DNA of 61,723 nt, the filler included, from Choristocarpus tenellus KU-1152 (lineage: Eukaryota; Protista; Phaeophyceae): assembly GCA_964200185.2 (NCBI GenBank). It is 10 parts of 10 records of this genome, joined end to end, with 100 filler letters (N's around TTAATTAATTAA, not from the genome) between each part and the next. Parts side by side here need not be neighbours in the genome. Positions count along the whole stretch, not along the records: positions 24,735 to 40,536 come from CAXNAD020000924.1; 9 more parts are not named here. One strand, given 5' to 3'. Shown here one piece after another: positions 24,814 to 37,184 of this stretch (position 1 is its first letter; the number at the start of each line of letters is the position of its first letter). A program made the translations under genes and the position numbers. The notes under the pieces are model-generated. The model did no database searches and was not told the origin of the DNA. It worked only from the letters and a program-made list of their open reading frames with translations.

Positions 24814-26414
24814 CATATGTCTATCACATAACAAAGTATCGTGTTTTAGCGTTGCAGATGACATGGCATTTCCTGGGTAACACATGCTAAAGGGCGAATG
24901 ACCTGGAGCGTTTGTTCCACAATGAACGTTACATAGCAAATGAGATTGGGTGTTTGCCAAACAATAAGCGTTAAAGACCAACTGACCCCAATTGTCATCC
25001 TATACAACGGAAGTTGCAGACCAAATGGCATAAAGCACATGCTGCACAACATACTTTATGACTTGGATGTTAGATATGCAAGGTCACCCTCAATACCTAC
25101 AAAATACACATGGAAAAGGGTTTTGTCATACTTACACAAATAAACTTCCAGACACGCAAGCGGTAGCCTTTATCTGCAAGCATTTTATGTACACGCGTAC
25201 TTGGCATCAGTTGATGGAAAGGAGCGAAGACGGGTTTACTAGACCAAAAATAATCAATATACTACAAAAAAGAACAAAAAATGAGGGGGGATTCTACACC
25301 TTACAAGATGTTAAAAAGTATCATATGTGGATTTTTCCGTACCTACCAGCATCTTTCATATGTCATGTGTGCTTCCAAGAGGATTTAGCCTCTTAGCGTC
25401 ATGAATAAGCTTTGTCCTTAGGGTTAGGAAAACGAACATGTATATTTCCTCTTTACACAATATATTCTCTCTTCTGTCACATTCTTGAATTTACTACTTC
25501 CTCTGGTTTTGAAGATCAAATCAGCGTAGGAAACATGAAATAGTAAGTAAATGATTGGGGGCAATGTTCTGAACAATGGACACTTTGGAAAAAATGACAC
25601 TAAGTGTGCCCGGACAACAAGAGTTAGGTGGAAGTCAGGTGGTGGACATCTGATGATGTGGATCAAATGGACATATTGGTGAGGAACTAACTGACCAATG
25701 AATGTAGTACTCCTGGCAAAAATGCAACTAGTCAAAGTAAACAAGAGGTACCCAGAAGGATGCTGACAAATATACGCAAATTTGGCTTTTTGTATAAAGG
25801 CATAAAGGATAATTTCTGAATTGCATCGGAAAAGTTTCAAACAATACAGAAATAAACGCTCTCAAGTCAAAACTAGAACTTTATCCATAGAGATATGGGT
25901 GAATGGCAAAATATTGAAAACATACTTGAAATGCAAAACAGCCAAAACCTGGGTATCTCTCATTTACTTTGGCGCAGTAGAGAAAATTTGTGCTAATTTC
26001 CTCTGGATAACGGACGCTTTGGGTCGAATATGCCTGAGTATTCTATGGTAAGTCTAGAAGTAGGGGTTACTTTGTCCAGGGCATCCATGTTTGTTCACTA
26101 CAAATGTATTGCCCTGTTTGTGCCCACCTTCTTGCGTGTCAGGTTTGGTCATCCGGCACCACTCACTCCTTTGATTTGTACCATCCTAGAGGGGTGTGCC
26201 ATTGAGTAGAAAGAGGCTCTGTAACTGCCTTCTACGACATGTGGTCCTAGAACTATGGAGGGCAATTTCACACTTGCGTGGACAAATGCGATCAATGTTC
26301 ACCTCTTCTACAACTACAGACTCCAGATAGGGGATAGATGCATTTCAGGCACGGGGATGAGATTATCAATCAGGGAGAACATTGTTATGACCCCTATATT
26401 TGAAAGGGTCCAGA

Positions 26415-26673
26415 GAGCCAAAGTATCTTAGAAGATAGAGCCGTGTCCATTTGGGGGCCAAAATCCAATGTTGTGATTTTGGTGAAATGTTGGCTATCGT
26501 GTTTGTTAGGAAGTGTCAATATCCATGTTCCGGACACACCTTGTTATAACGTATACATTTTACCTACTCTGAAACATTTTGGAGTAGGAAAATGTCATTA
26601 AAAAACCCATGGGAAGCCAAGCCCCAAATGGACAAACAGGTCAAAACTCATACCCTGTAAGTTGCTTTCACTC
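26415..26673. mobile_element. MITE family B, complete copy
   Basis: gagccaaagtatcttag...taccctgtaagttgctttcactc; TSD not clean. Confidence 0.9.
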
Positions 26674-28681
26674 CAAGTCAACCTCTCTCTAGGATACTAT
26701 GGCTCTTACAACATCTTTCCTGGATAGGTTGTGCTGCACTTGTCTGGGGTCATTGCTCTGTAATGAACCTTTGCTATCACATTTTAATTCTTCGCACCTT
26801 TTTTCATGGTTAAGTGATAACAGGATAGGTTCTCACAGGTGGTGTGTGATCCACAGTGCTTGCTAAATCGACCAAAGAGCTAGATTTTACTGGAAAGAAG
26901 ATCTCGTGATGACAGGTTTCAAACAAGCTTGTAACTTTGTAGGGGAGCTTGATTTGAAGTTAGAGCACTTGATGTTTGCTAAGGATTGTTGCATGTTTCA
27001 GGCAAACAGAACAGCCTATGTGATTTTGTGCAGCACAGTGAGGCACTCTCTCAAAATCTCCGAGCCTAAGTGGTTATTTTTGTTCTGTCAAGGCAAGAAA
27101 CTAGAGATGAAAAGGAAAAATTAGGAGGGGCAAAACTCTTCTGAGCAAATACGAGGAGATGGAGGCAGTACGCCGCAGGAAAGAACGATTGCAGTGAGTC
27201 ACACTTAGTGCAGGGGTAAGGATAGAGTGGAAAAATGGTGTTTATCAGCAACATGAATCAGCAAGACAGCACACCCAACAAGTAGAAAATGCGGGCAGTT
27301 GGGGAGTTTTAGGGGATGACTACCATCATGCATTGTTGGTCTGATATTTTCCTGGGAGGAGCATTGTATAATTGCAACACTCAAACTGCACTGCCGTCTC
27401 CCGCATGCTTTTATATATATATAGATATATATATATTTGGAGGAAATGCTGGCTCACATCTCCTCTCAACTCTTTGGGTGCCCACCACAATACCACAGAG
27501 ACTATACAAGGCAAAATGGATATTGCTGCCTCAGAAATGTCATGTGCGACACCACCAGTGCTTCTACAAGCGGATTCCAGATCCTGGTAGTAGGGCAGGC
27601 ACTACTTAACCACTGGACCCTGAACCGTGGCGGTTCTCTTGAAGAAGAAAAAAAACATCCGCTGTGTCATCTAGATCCGTCATAACCTCCTGTAGATGGT
27701 GTAGAGTAAAGATGCCACTGTGCTCCTTAGTCACATCTAGGTATAATGGACTATCGTCTCCTGATTCTAGATTATAAACTCTACTATGCACTTCACTGTC
27801 CATACCCACCTTTGCTCATTGTTCAAATCTGGAGTGCGACCTTCCTGCCATGGTGGCACCAGTTGAACGCTCCGTATCGCAATCCCCTCTCTAACACATG
27901 CAACATTGCTGTCCTCGACGCACACCCTTTTACAGCATCAGATGTTGCTCCTTCACGAGCTCCGACATTTGAGGGTCACCACTGCCAATAGTGGCCGTAA
28001 GCCGAAGGTGCTAGCTCAAGCATCCTGCACACAATACACATGATATTCCAGACACCATCCCTCTCTTGCAGTCAAGGCTCCTTCCAAACAGTAAAAACCA
28101 CCAAACTGGCAACCCACTTCTGAAGGAACAAGGCAAAAAACGGTTCCTCGCTTTGGAGCGGATCCGACAGATTCTCCAAAATTCTGAAGAGAACTTTTGC
28201 GGTGTAGTATTTACTTTTCTCACATGACAGACGAAAATTCGCTATCCCTCCTCCCCAGAGAAAATAAGTCCACGAAAGCGCCCTCATTTGTGCATCTTGC
28301 TCCCTTCGAGAATCTGCAGATCCAATCATCGTTCCGCAGACACCGTTCTTCTTCTACCCTCCCACTCTCCAACTTGATATTCCCAAATATTTACGAAACA
28401 TCATATTTAGACGTTCAACCTTCTTCCCCGCGCGAATTTGTGGCGCGAATAACTTGATATTAGAAAAGTGCACTTGGATAACTTCTCAGTGTAGGTAGAG
28501 AAACTGAAGGCAAAAAATAGTGAAAACTTGTTAACCTCACCATACACATCCCATGCTCTAAGTGCAAGTAGCATCGTGTTAGGAACCAATGACAGAGTCC
28601 CATTCATTGCAGTTGTAACATTTTAAGAGTAGTCCCTTGCTCGCGATCTGTGGAGGTTGTTGTAGCACCCCATCAGTTCAA

Positions 28682-30349
28682 ATGGCAGCCCAGCAAGGAC
28701 TCCGAGGTCTGGAGCTCAAGTTGGAAGACAATTGGAGTAGTGAAGATGTCGTTCACATGCTCACACCGGACCTTGTCGGAAATGTTCTGCTGGATTGCTT
28801 TGGGGAAATGGAACCGACTATCAAGGTGCTTTGCCATTCTCTCAAGACAGGTTTCCAAGTTGTGATGTTTGTCGATGTTGCTTTTCCATTCATCATATTT
28901 TTTGTCTTGACAATCCTAACCTTTTCCGATCTGCAGATGAGGACTTTGATTGCGTTCTTAGGGGTGAAGGAAGAACAACTGAGTTGCCTTCAGGAGCATT
29001 TGCCAGCGCTGCTGAATACTGCGGAGAATGACAAGGATGAATGGGTGCAGGTTGCTGCAGGCCTCGTACGCCGCAAGGTGTTGGCCCTCAACAATGATGG
29101 ATGTGGGATTGTCTCTGATACCCTAGAGTCGGTGCTCTTGAAAACTGTGTCAGAAGTCGTAGCCCAGGCTAAAAAGATCATGGAAAAGAACGGCACGAAT
29201 GTGGAAGCATCTGGAGTGATGGACACCCCTTACTCAGGACCACTGGAGGAGCAATATATAAGTAAGCGGCAATTTCCACGGCATGGTAAGTTCACGAACA
29301 GGCACTTCCGCCCGAGACATGACATTTTGAAGCTATCGGACGAGCAGTGCTTTAGCAGCCCAACCCCAAGTGCGCTTGTGGGCACTGCAACTGGGTCGAG
29401 CGGAGCCATAACTCAGACTCAGGTTTCTGGTATATCAGCGCCTGTGCTGCCCGCCAAAGGCCCTAACCTTGCCAAATTGCGCAAGACTTCTCTGGTCTCA
29501 AGTGCTGACCCCTCCTCTGGATCATCAGGTCTCAGGGCTGCTATTAAGCCAATGGCTCTTGCACACAAGCAATCGAGAACACCCCTTAGTGGGAGTTCAG
29601 GGCACCTTGGAGTCACTAAATCTGGCGCGATTTCTGGAGGAAGCAGGGGACACCGAGCAAATAGACCTGGCATTATGATGCTAGGGGAGGATGAGCTGGA
29701 AGCGATTGTGTCAGCAGCAGACGAGAAGGCAGCAGAGAGGGGTGGTAGCTCGTTCCGAAGCAGGGGCAAAGGCAAGAGTGGTCCCAGCAAGACAGGAACC
29801 AAAAGAAAAGGCACCCAGATCGGGGAAGGCAGTTCTCAGGATGCACACATTGCACTTGTTGAGGAGGAATCTCATATGGTACAGCAGGTTCCCTCTGCTG
29901 CAGGGAACACACCTTCCTACATCCAGGAAGTGGAGCAGACGATGGAGGAAGCACAAATACACCATGGGGGGGGGCCTTGGGCATCTGACGGGTCTGCACC
30001 TCATCTGCAGGTTGACCCTGAGCCGATTGGAGGCATCCACCAGCATGAAGGAAATATGTGGGAACAAACGCAGGGAATGGAGGATGAGGAGAAAACTCCC
30101 GAGCAACAACTGGCAGAGTCAGGTCTCCTTCTGAAAGCAAACATGCTCAGGGATGATGATCTTAACCGCCTCCATATGTGGTTTAGGAGGGAGAATCCCA
30201 CTCCAGAAATCGACACAGTCAAGGTGAAGCTCAACGAGGAAGTTTGCTTTGAGGGTGGAGAGAGTGTTAGAGAAACTCTTTATGTAGTTCTGTATTACTC
30301 AAACATGGTATGGAGAAAGACACGCAAGGTGAAGAAGAACAAGGAATAA
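28682..30349 (+). CDS. NELFA: Negative elongation factor A homolog, ~518 aa, two exons
   Basis: Exons 28682-28825 and 28937-30349, with a 111-nt GT-AG intron and CTAAC branch site. Colinear with recalled metazoan NELF-A blocks: KLEDNWSS...LTPDLV...CF...K....L...DKDEWV, PLEEQYISK (cf. PLECQYLNK), RHFRP (cf. KHFQL), GIMML..EL (cf. GVKLL..EL), and C-terminal ANML...RENP...VKVKLNE...YS..W.K. Confidence 0.85.
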   Translation: MAAQQGLRGLELKLEDNWSSEDVVHMLTPDLVGNVLLDCFGEMEPTIKVLCHSLKTGFQVVMFVDVAFPFIIFFVLTILTFSDLQMRTLIAFLGVKEEQLSCLQEHLPALLNTAENDKDEWVQVAAGLVRRKVLALNNDGCGIVSDTLESVLLKTVSEVVAQAKKIMEKNGTNVEASGVMDTPYSGPLEEQYISKRQFPRHGKFTNRHFRPRHDILKLSDEQCFSSPTPSALVGTATGSSGAITQTQVSGISAPVLPAKGPNLAKLRKTSLVSSADPSSGSSGLRAAIKPMALAHKQSRTPLSGSSGHLGVTKSGAISGGSRGHRANRPGIMMLGEDELEAIVSAADEKAAERGGSSFRSRGKGKSGPSKTGTKRKGTQIGEGSSQDAHIALVEEESHMVQQVPSAAGNTPSYIQEVEQTMEEAQIHHGGGPWASDGSAPHLQVDPEPIGGIHQHEGNMWEQTQGMEDEEKTPEQQLAESGLLLKANMLRDDDLNRLHMWFRRENPTPEIDTVKVKLNEEVCFEGGESVRETLYVVLYYSNMVWRKTRKVKKNKE

Positions 30350-30513
30350 GTCTGGTGTGTTCGGTGCTTGTACACTTTTTAGAGTTTGGTATCTTGTGTC
30401 TATGGCTGTAGCTAAACTAACTATAGGTTGAAGTTATGAGCGCACTAGCCTCTTCTTGCATTGATTACTCTCCTTATCTGAAATGGATGAAAATGCACAA
30501 GCAGCAGTGCTTG

Positions 30514-33375
30514 TCACCAAGGCTTAACACTATGACATGGCGGTCGTTTGCTTACAACATTGTAATGTATCTGCTTCATGGTGTTGACACTGAGGTCAAA
30601 GTGGAGATCTGCATCTGGTTTACATGTGACTGTGGCACCATCAGCTGCCCAGCTGGCATTCAAGCCAACCATTTGGCAAAATGTGCGTGAGGCAACCATT
30701 GCAATACGTAGGTCATCTGCCAATTGTTCAAACCAAACCTTTTGTGTGAGGGCTGCAACCTCCTCACCAAGATCTGCTGAAAGCAGTAGGGCATTCCCTT
30801 GTATCAGTGGTGGGTAAAGACTGCTTGGCCATTGTGCCCAGGTCACAGCTGATGATTTTTCTGGGATAACCGCTCCACCATACATTTCTGGCCGTAGCAC
30901 ACGGATTGAACCAACATGTAGGCCAGCATATATCCTGATGGGGTCAAATGCAGTGACACTTGCCATGACAGCCTTGAGATCAACATACACATCATCGTTG
31001 GCACGCATGATATAACTAGCCCCACACATCATCAACCCGTATCTCACCCCCCCTAGTGCCTTGTAGTAGATGTTACGATATCCCTCCTGGACACCAAGAA
31101 CAATGATGTCCCTGTGCACTGCTGCCTCTTCAAGGATAGCAGCAGGAACTATTTGCATCTTGCTAGACAGGCCCAAAATGAAACGGTGTTCTGTACCTAT
31201 TGCATGGGGATTCCCCAACCTAGGATCCCGACTCAACCATGTCTGGCGGGCAACGTCTCGCCGCTCCTTATTGTCAGGGTGTGATAAGACTGCAATAAAT
31301 AGCCCCACCTCCTGTTGGGTAGGCCAGTTTACGCGACCCTGGCAGCGTCCCTGTCTCCCACCCTCACCTTGCTGCAGGGCCTCTTCCTTTGCTCCTCTTG
31401 GAAATCGCACAGGCAAGAACTTCCTTTGGTAGTTCTGGTTGTGTGAAGCATGCCCATAGAATGGAGAGGGGGTAACTGGTCTCAAGTGCATGTTGTGAAT
31501 CTCAAAGGGAACCAGTTTGCTGAAATGGATGTGACCATTGTCCACACCCAACGCCTGAGGTAAATCAGGAAAGGGTTGGAAGTCAAGGCAAAGAGTGTCC
31601 TGTCCCTTTCCACAATCATGAACCGGTAGATCGGGGATCATTGATCTTGCATCTCCTTCGTTGGTAAAAGCGTTCCTTGACCAGCCCGTCAATGTGGTGG
31701 TGACCGTGTGATGTACACTACCAAAATCCTCACATCTCCAACCACCATTGTTTATAGTGGTCAGAAGAGACAATCCAAATTGTTTCTGTTCAAAAAATTG
31801 AGTGAGAGGGTACAAAAGTGTAAGTAAGCGCTGCTGGTCAAACTTGAGATGTAGAGTTTACAGGTAGCATCTGCCCCACATACATATAACTACTACAATG
31901 GTCTAACAGGAGCATGCACTGAAAGGATGGACAGGCCATTTATGTGATCAATCTTAATTACCTTGAGTCGAACATAGTCCCAACCAAGTAGATCATACAG
32001 CGGAATCACTGATAAGAGTCCGAAATAGGTCACTACGGGATATGTGGCTACTTGTAGGGACTGTTCCTCCCTTCTCCAGTTGAAGTTCAGCACATGGTGA
32101 TCCATTTTTAGGCTGTGGAAAGGGGGGTTATTTTCAGCAATGCACAGCTTTTAAGTTGGAACACATTGATTCCGGAGTTATGTCATTCCTCCTCTTCATG
32201 ACAAGTAATGATGGTGGTTGGGGCCTTTTTAGCATAGGTCTCACCGTGCAGGAAGATGCAACTCTTTGCACATTCCTGTGTTCCGAAGGATGCTTTCCCT
32301 AGGAATGTCCTTGTTGTGTCCAAGTATAACAATGTCAGTGGCCTCGATCCCACTCTTCATCAAAAAAAATTGTAATCGTTTCCACGTATGATCTTTTCCA
32401 GTATCAGTCTTGACACTGATTCGACGGGGGTCCTCAGCAACACCTGCTAGTGTGGTGAAGTGCACCCTCTCCAGCACACTAGCGAGATAAAAGTGCTGCC
32501 TTTCTCTAGAGATGCTGAAGAGCTCATCAACGGGGTTTTTTCTTTCTATCTCACCAGCTTCACCTGATAGTTGCACTACATAGAATTCATCTACGACCGA
32601 TGCTAATTCGAGAAGTCGAAGCTCCAGGAGTTCAATCACTCCATCATACAGGACTACATCCACCATTTTCCGCCTGCTCCCAGTAACGCTGCACTTTGTA
32701 CCATCACAGGTAGTGCACTTGTCTGCTGTGACTAATTCAATGGTGGGCATTGGTGGTGTGGCTGCGACAAAGCCATCCTCGAACCGGACCTGTGGGGGAT
32801 GGGAGCACTCAGATTCTGTTCGAAAACGAATATGCCTGGAGCAAGGTGCTATGACACATCGTAGGAATGGGGAAGGAGTTGTTGATAGATATTAAACGTA
32901 CCTCGAAGCGAATGGTGTGATTCCCCGAGGTTGGTTGCTGGAGTGAGTACGTGTTGGTGCTAGAATGATGTTCCACACCATCAAATACGAGGCATAGCTG
33001 GCTTTCATTGGAGCTCGCCAAAGGTTCCACGTCAGCAAATACCACGAGTTCATGCGTGAGGAAGACATCGTTATCACTGGGTATGAAGAAAGGGTTGTTA
33101 TTTGGCACATCGTGCGGATCGAGTACAACATTGGACCTCTTCCCAGTTTCCGGAGAGGGTAGCAGCGATATCACGTAGTGAGCAAGGATAGAATGGAAGG
33201 TATTTCGGGGAAAATCTGTTCGGGCATCGTCCCTTGGTCGATAGTTGTTGGCGCCATACATCCCCAGATCCTTTGAGTTATACAAACTTTCCTCAACGTC
33301 AAAGATACTACCATTTGACGTAGCCCTTACTGCAGCAACGAAGATTGAGAAATGGACCAGCATTTCAAGTGTCAT
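30514..33375 (-). CDS. Secretory-pathway glycosyltransferase fusion: N-terminal domain + GT17-like domain + GT31 (beta-1,3-galactosyltransferase-like) domain, ~813 aa
   Basis: GT-AG exons 33375-32902, 32789-32245, 32112-31962 and 31785-30514 total 2442 nt and stay in frame. GT17-like: VDVVLYDGVIELLELRLLELASVVDEFYVVQ, DIVILGHNKDIP, NGGWRC. GT31: LFIAVLS...RRDVARQTW, RFILG, EEAAVHRDII, EGYRNIYYK, YIMRANDDVYV, YPPLIQGNALLLSADL. Start codon uncertain. Confidence 0.85.
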
Positions 33376-35253
33376 AGCTTCGAAGAAAATCAGTGCAATA
33401 TCGCAAGATCTGTAACGATGGATCCCTATTTGCAGGAACTCAGATCGTACATGGGATTCTGTCACAACTACTCTGCCAAATCTGTTTTGACACGTTTGTT
33501 AGACACAACGATCCTATACACTACTATGAATTACAATGTTCTTACGAGATGTAAAAAACTACTAGATATATTATTTAACTTATTTTACTTTTATATTTTC
33601 ATGCCAGTGAAATTTTAGATTCTACATTTAGATTTAAGATCACAAATAGATACGGAGCAAGAGAACAAGGATACTGTTTGAATGCCATGAAACATATCGA
33701 CACTTTATCCCAGTCAATTTTGGGTCAAGCCCATCCTCAATGAAAAGCTCCCTCCTCAATTTTTGAAATCTGCTGTTATTTGGAGGAATATGAGATGGAT
33801 TGCATCCAACAACGTACTCTCCTCAAATCATTATGAACCAAACAAAAACCTCACTGGTTCCACAACAGTTTCATACTTGTTTTCTCCTTTCGACTTGGAT
33901 GGGACTTGTACAATCAATAAGTTACTTCAAAGAAGAACGTTCAATTTTGTTGACTGTTTTCATTGCAGAGGTTCGTTCAACCTTATTATGGATCTCCAAC
34001 CATCAATTTGTGAAGAACGTTTGGATATATATATATATATATATATATGGAAGTACATTATTATTTAGTGCAGAGGTATGGCAATTAGGACATCACTTGG
34101 ATCCTGTTGACTTTTTTGTTGAGTGCTTATTGTTGGAAGTTTGTATTTGGGAGGAAAGAGACAGCACCAAGGGAGCATGATGAACTCAACGAAGTCTGTA
34201 TTGCCTACACTACAAAGGTCTTCCGAAATTGTAGTGTTAGTAGCCGTAGTAATGTAGTCAGTCCTCCTGACATTGCATCCTACAGCAACAATAATAAATT
34301 GCACAGTAGCTGCTTGTTGTAAATCAATACTACTATGAAGGCAGTCTAGAAGTGTGAGGGGAAGAATGCCAGGAGTGTGTTGGTCTGGTCCCACCTGAAC
34401 TACTAGTCAGGTTTCTCGAGGTCATAACAGACGATTTCCTTACCTGTATTTTTATGTATCATTTCATGCCTGCTAGCATTTTACGGACGTTGTCAGGGGG
34501 AAGAAAGAAGAACACAACATATTATATTATACAAGAGATACAAGCACGACAACAACAGAGTCCATTGTATAATACTCCAGAGACAGTAACAGAGGTACGA
34601 TTCTATCATTACTAATGTGTACTACATCGTATTGCTCTATCTGTACTGGATAACAAAGCAACATTTATTGTACTTTCCCTTGGACACACGAGACCCTCAT
34701 TAGGAACTTTTGACAAAAAGACGTCTCTTTCATACCTCATAATAAGATTGCGTCTGGTCTGGGTACCTAGCACAGTTATGACTTCATGAAACACTTAGTA
34801 GGATCACATGCACAAAATGTAGGATTGTGTATTTTGTCTGCCTGCTTGTGTTATCATATCCTCAGCCTAACACAACAACAAGGGAAGTTTCTACATAAGA
34901 CCAAAATAGTAATAATACAATCAGTTGCCTGGTGATGTACTATTGATATTATATAGGCAGAAGAGTCATACAGAAGAGATAATCTTGGTTGGTGGTACAA
35001 ACTGATACTTCAGAGAATACTAGTTATGTGAGAATATCATAGGTCCTCCTTCTAACTGGGTATCAAGGACGGGACATCTTTTGATGGTTCAGCTCACTCT
35101 GAAAAGTAACACCTAAGGCACCATCGTCTCAATCAAGCAAACTCAACAAAAACAAATTGTTTATCATTGCATCATTACATGTAGGAGGTGGGAAGCATCT
35201 TGTACAGACTACTAAATCACACGACAAAGAAAGAAGATGCATGTGACTTGTAA

Positions 35254-35511
35254 GAGTGAAAGTATCTTAGAGGGTAGGAGTTTTCCCCTGTTTATCCATT
35301 TGGGGCTTGGTTTCCCACGGGTTTTTAATGACATTTTACCTGCTCCGAAATGTTTCGGAATATATCAAATGCATAAGTTATGAAAAGGTGTGTCCGGAAC
35401 AAGGATATTGACATCTCCTACCAACACGATAATCCAAATTACATCAAAATTGCAACAATGGATTTTGGGTCCCAAATGGACGCATCTCTACCCTCTAAGA
35501 TACTTTGACTC
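35254..35511. mobile_element. MITE family B, complete copy in reverse orientation
   Basis: gagtgaaagtatcttagagggta...taccctctaagatactttgactc. Confidence 0.9.
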
Positions 35512-36149
35512 AAAAGGAATGGATATTATTGTATGCACTCTATATAATATCTAGAAGAAGTGCTACGTCGCATTACTATGATAATAGTACAGCACGACAA
35601 TAATAATCTTGAGCGATAAAAAGAGAGGTTTGAAGCTGCAGGAGAATTGAGATTCCAGCAAACCTAAAAAGCCATCAGTCTGGTATTTCTATTGATTTCT
35701 TTCACAAGTTGAGCAGATTGCTACTCTAGAGGAAGAGAGTCAGCACAGAGGACACTGTCGTCAAACCATCTGTTGTCGTAGACACACCTCCATCATGAAG
35801 CATCTCATCAAATTTCGGCCTGGCGATATCATTCTTGCCCATAATTCTTGACCACCCTCAGCAAGTCAAGGAACCAACCACGATCAGGTGATACAGCCCT
35901 ACTATTGAGGCGTGGATCATCTTCTTGAAATGAAATTACTACTTTCCACCACCTATATTAGGATGGTAAATGTGAGGGGTTGTGGTATAAACTATGATAG
36001 TTCCACAGAAAATTTGATGGCAAATAGAATTATCTGTTGGGGGGGGAGTACACTCAACACACAAGTATGATAGCAATGACATGAGAAGTAAGAGGTATAA
36101 AGGCCTAAGGATGGGATGAAATACCACCTTACCAAGAGTGACTGGCAGT

Positions 36150-36283
36150 CCATTTTCATAACATACACATTTTACCTACTCCGAAACATTTTGAAGTAGG
36201 AAAATGTCATAAAAAAACCGTGGGAAGCCAAGCCCAAATGGAAAAATAGGGCAAAACTCGTACTCTCTAAGATACTTTCACTC
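36150..36283. mobile_element. MITE family B, 3' half
   Basis: ttttcataacatacacattttacctactccg...tactctctaagatactttcactc. Confidence 0.85.
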
Positions 36284-36311
36284 TTTTGCTAAATCTTCCG
36301 TTTTAAAAAAA

Positions 36312-37006
36312 GGGAAAGTTTATGAAGCAATCTGAGTTTTGTGGGCGGAAGAATTCTGGTTGGTTGGGGGCACAGGGCAAGGAAGGGGACAGTAAAGAAA
36401 TAGAAGTATTAAGGAGGGAACGAAGAGTTAAGATTAAGTGGTTAAGAAAATAGGTGGCAGACGGAGGCACAAGGGGAGAAGGAACGAACAGTATTGAATC
36501 GAATGAGGAAACCTGAGGCTGGGGGACAAGACGAGGAAGACTAGATCAAGAGGACCCCCGAGCAAGCTTTCCCGCCCACCCACCCTGTCGCTTGCTCATG
36601 ACCGAATTGGATCTCAGGGTGGGAGGGGAGGTCAAGTTCGGGCGGGGTAGATGTCTTCTAGCTCAAAGGCATGGTATGAAGGGGATGATGAAGGGGGGTT
36701 CTTGGATGATTGTGGAGTGGTGTTGAGTGGTGTTAAATAGTGTAGTGGAGTGGTAAGTGGGCTGGGGTTGACTGAAGTGGTAACTGGTGTGGGGTTGAGT
36801 GGGGTTGAAGGGGGTGGTAGAGACCGGAAATCAGTGGCGAAAGGGGTCGCACTGGTTGGTCATCAGATGTGGGGGTGACTGGAAGTCAGTGGCGAAGAGG
36901 TCGCACTGGTTGGTCACAAGGGTTGTTAGAATATAGGGAGAAAAGGGAATAGGGAGGAATACAAATGTTGAATAAAATAATAATAATAATCCAGAACTCG
37001 TGAGCA
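36312..37006 (-). repeat. Unclassified ~650-700-bp dispersed repeat, near full length
   Basis: Reverse-complement homolog of 52032-52683 along its whole length; sits inside a Stowaway-like element. Confidence 0.8.
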
Positions 37007-37010
37007 AAAC

Positions 37011-37184
37011 AAAACGTTTGTGTTCAGGGGACTGTCCCTCAAAATGAAAAATATTTTGAAGATATCTATGCGCAAGTCGAAGTTGTTGGCTTTCGAACAA
37101 TATTATTTGATATGTCTGAATCTCATTTTTGAAAGAGGTATTCACAAAAAACCTCAACGACACGGATTTATGGGACAGAGGGAG
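37011..37184. mobile_element. Right arm of a Stowaway-like element
   Basis: Homologous to ~1225-1403 and ends ttatgggacagagggag|TA. The upstream continuation is at 36284-36311 (cf. 1197-1225). Confidence 0.8.

Noticed and set aside
27450-28330. Gene divergent from NELF-A
   Set aside because: Only short interrupted frames with no recognisable domain or consistent splice model.
28637-30349. 570-aa single-exon membrane protein as given by the ORF track
   Set aside because: The ORF starts at a non-ATG codon and reads through a canonical intron; the hydrophobic segment is intronic.
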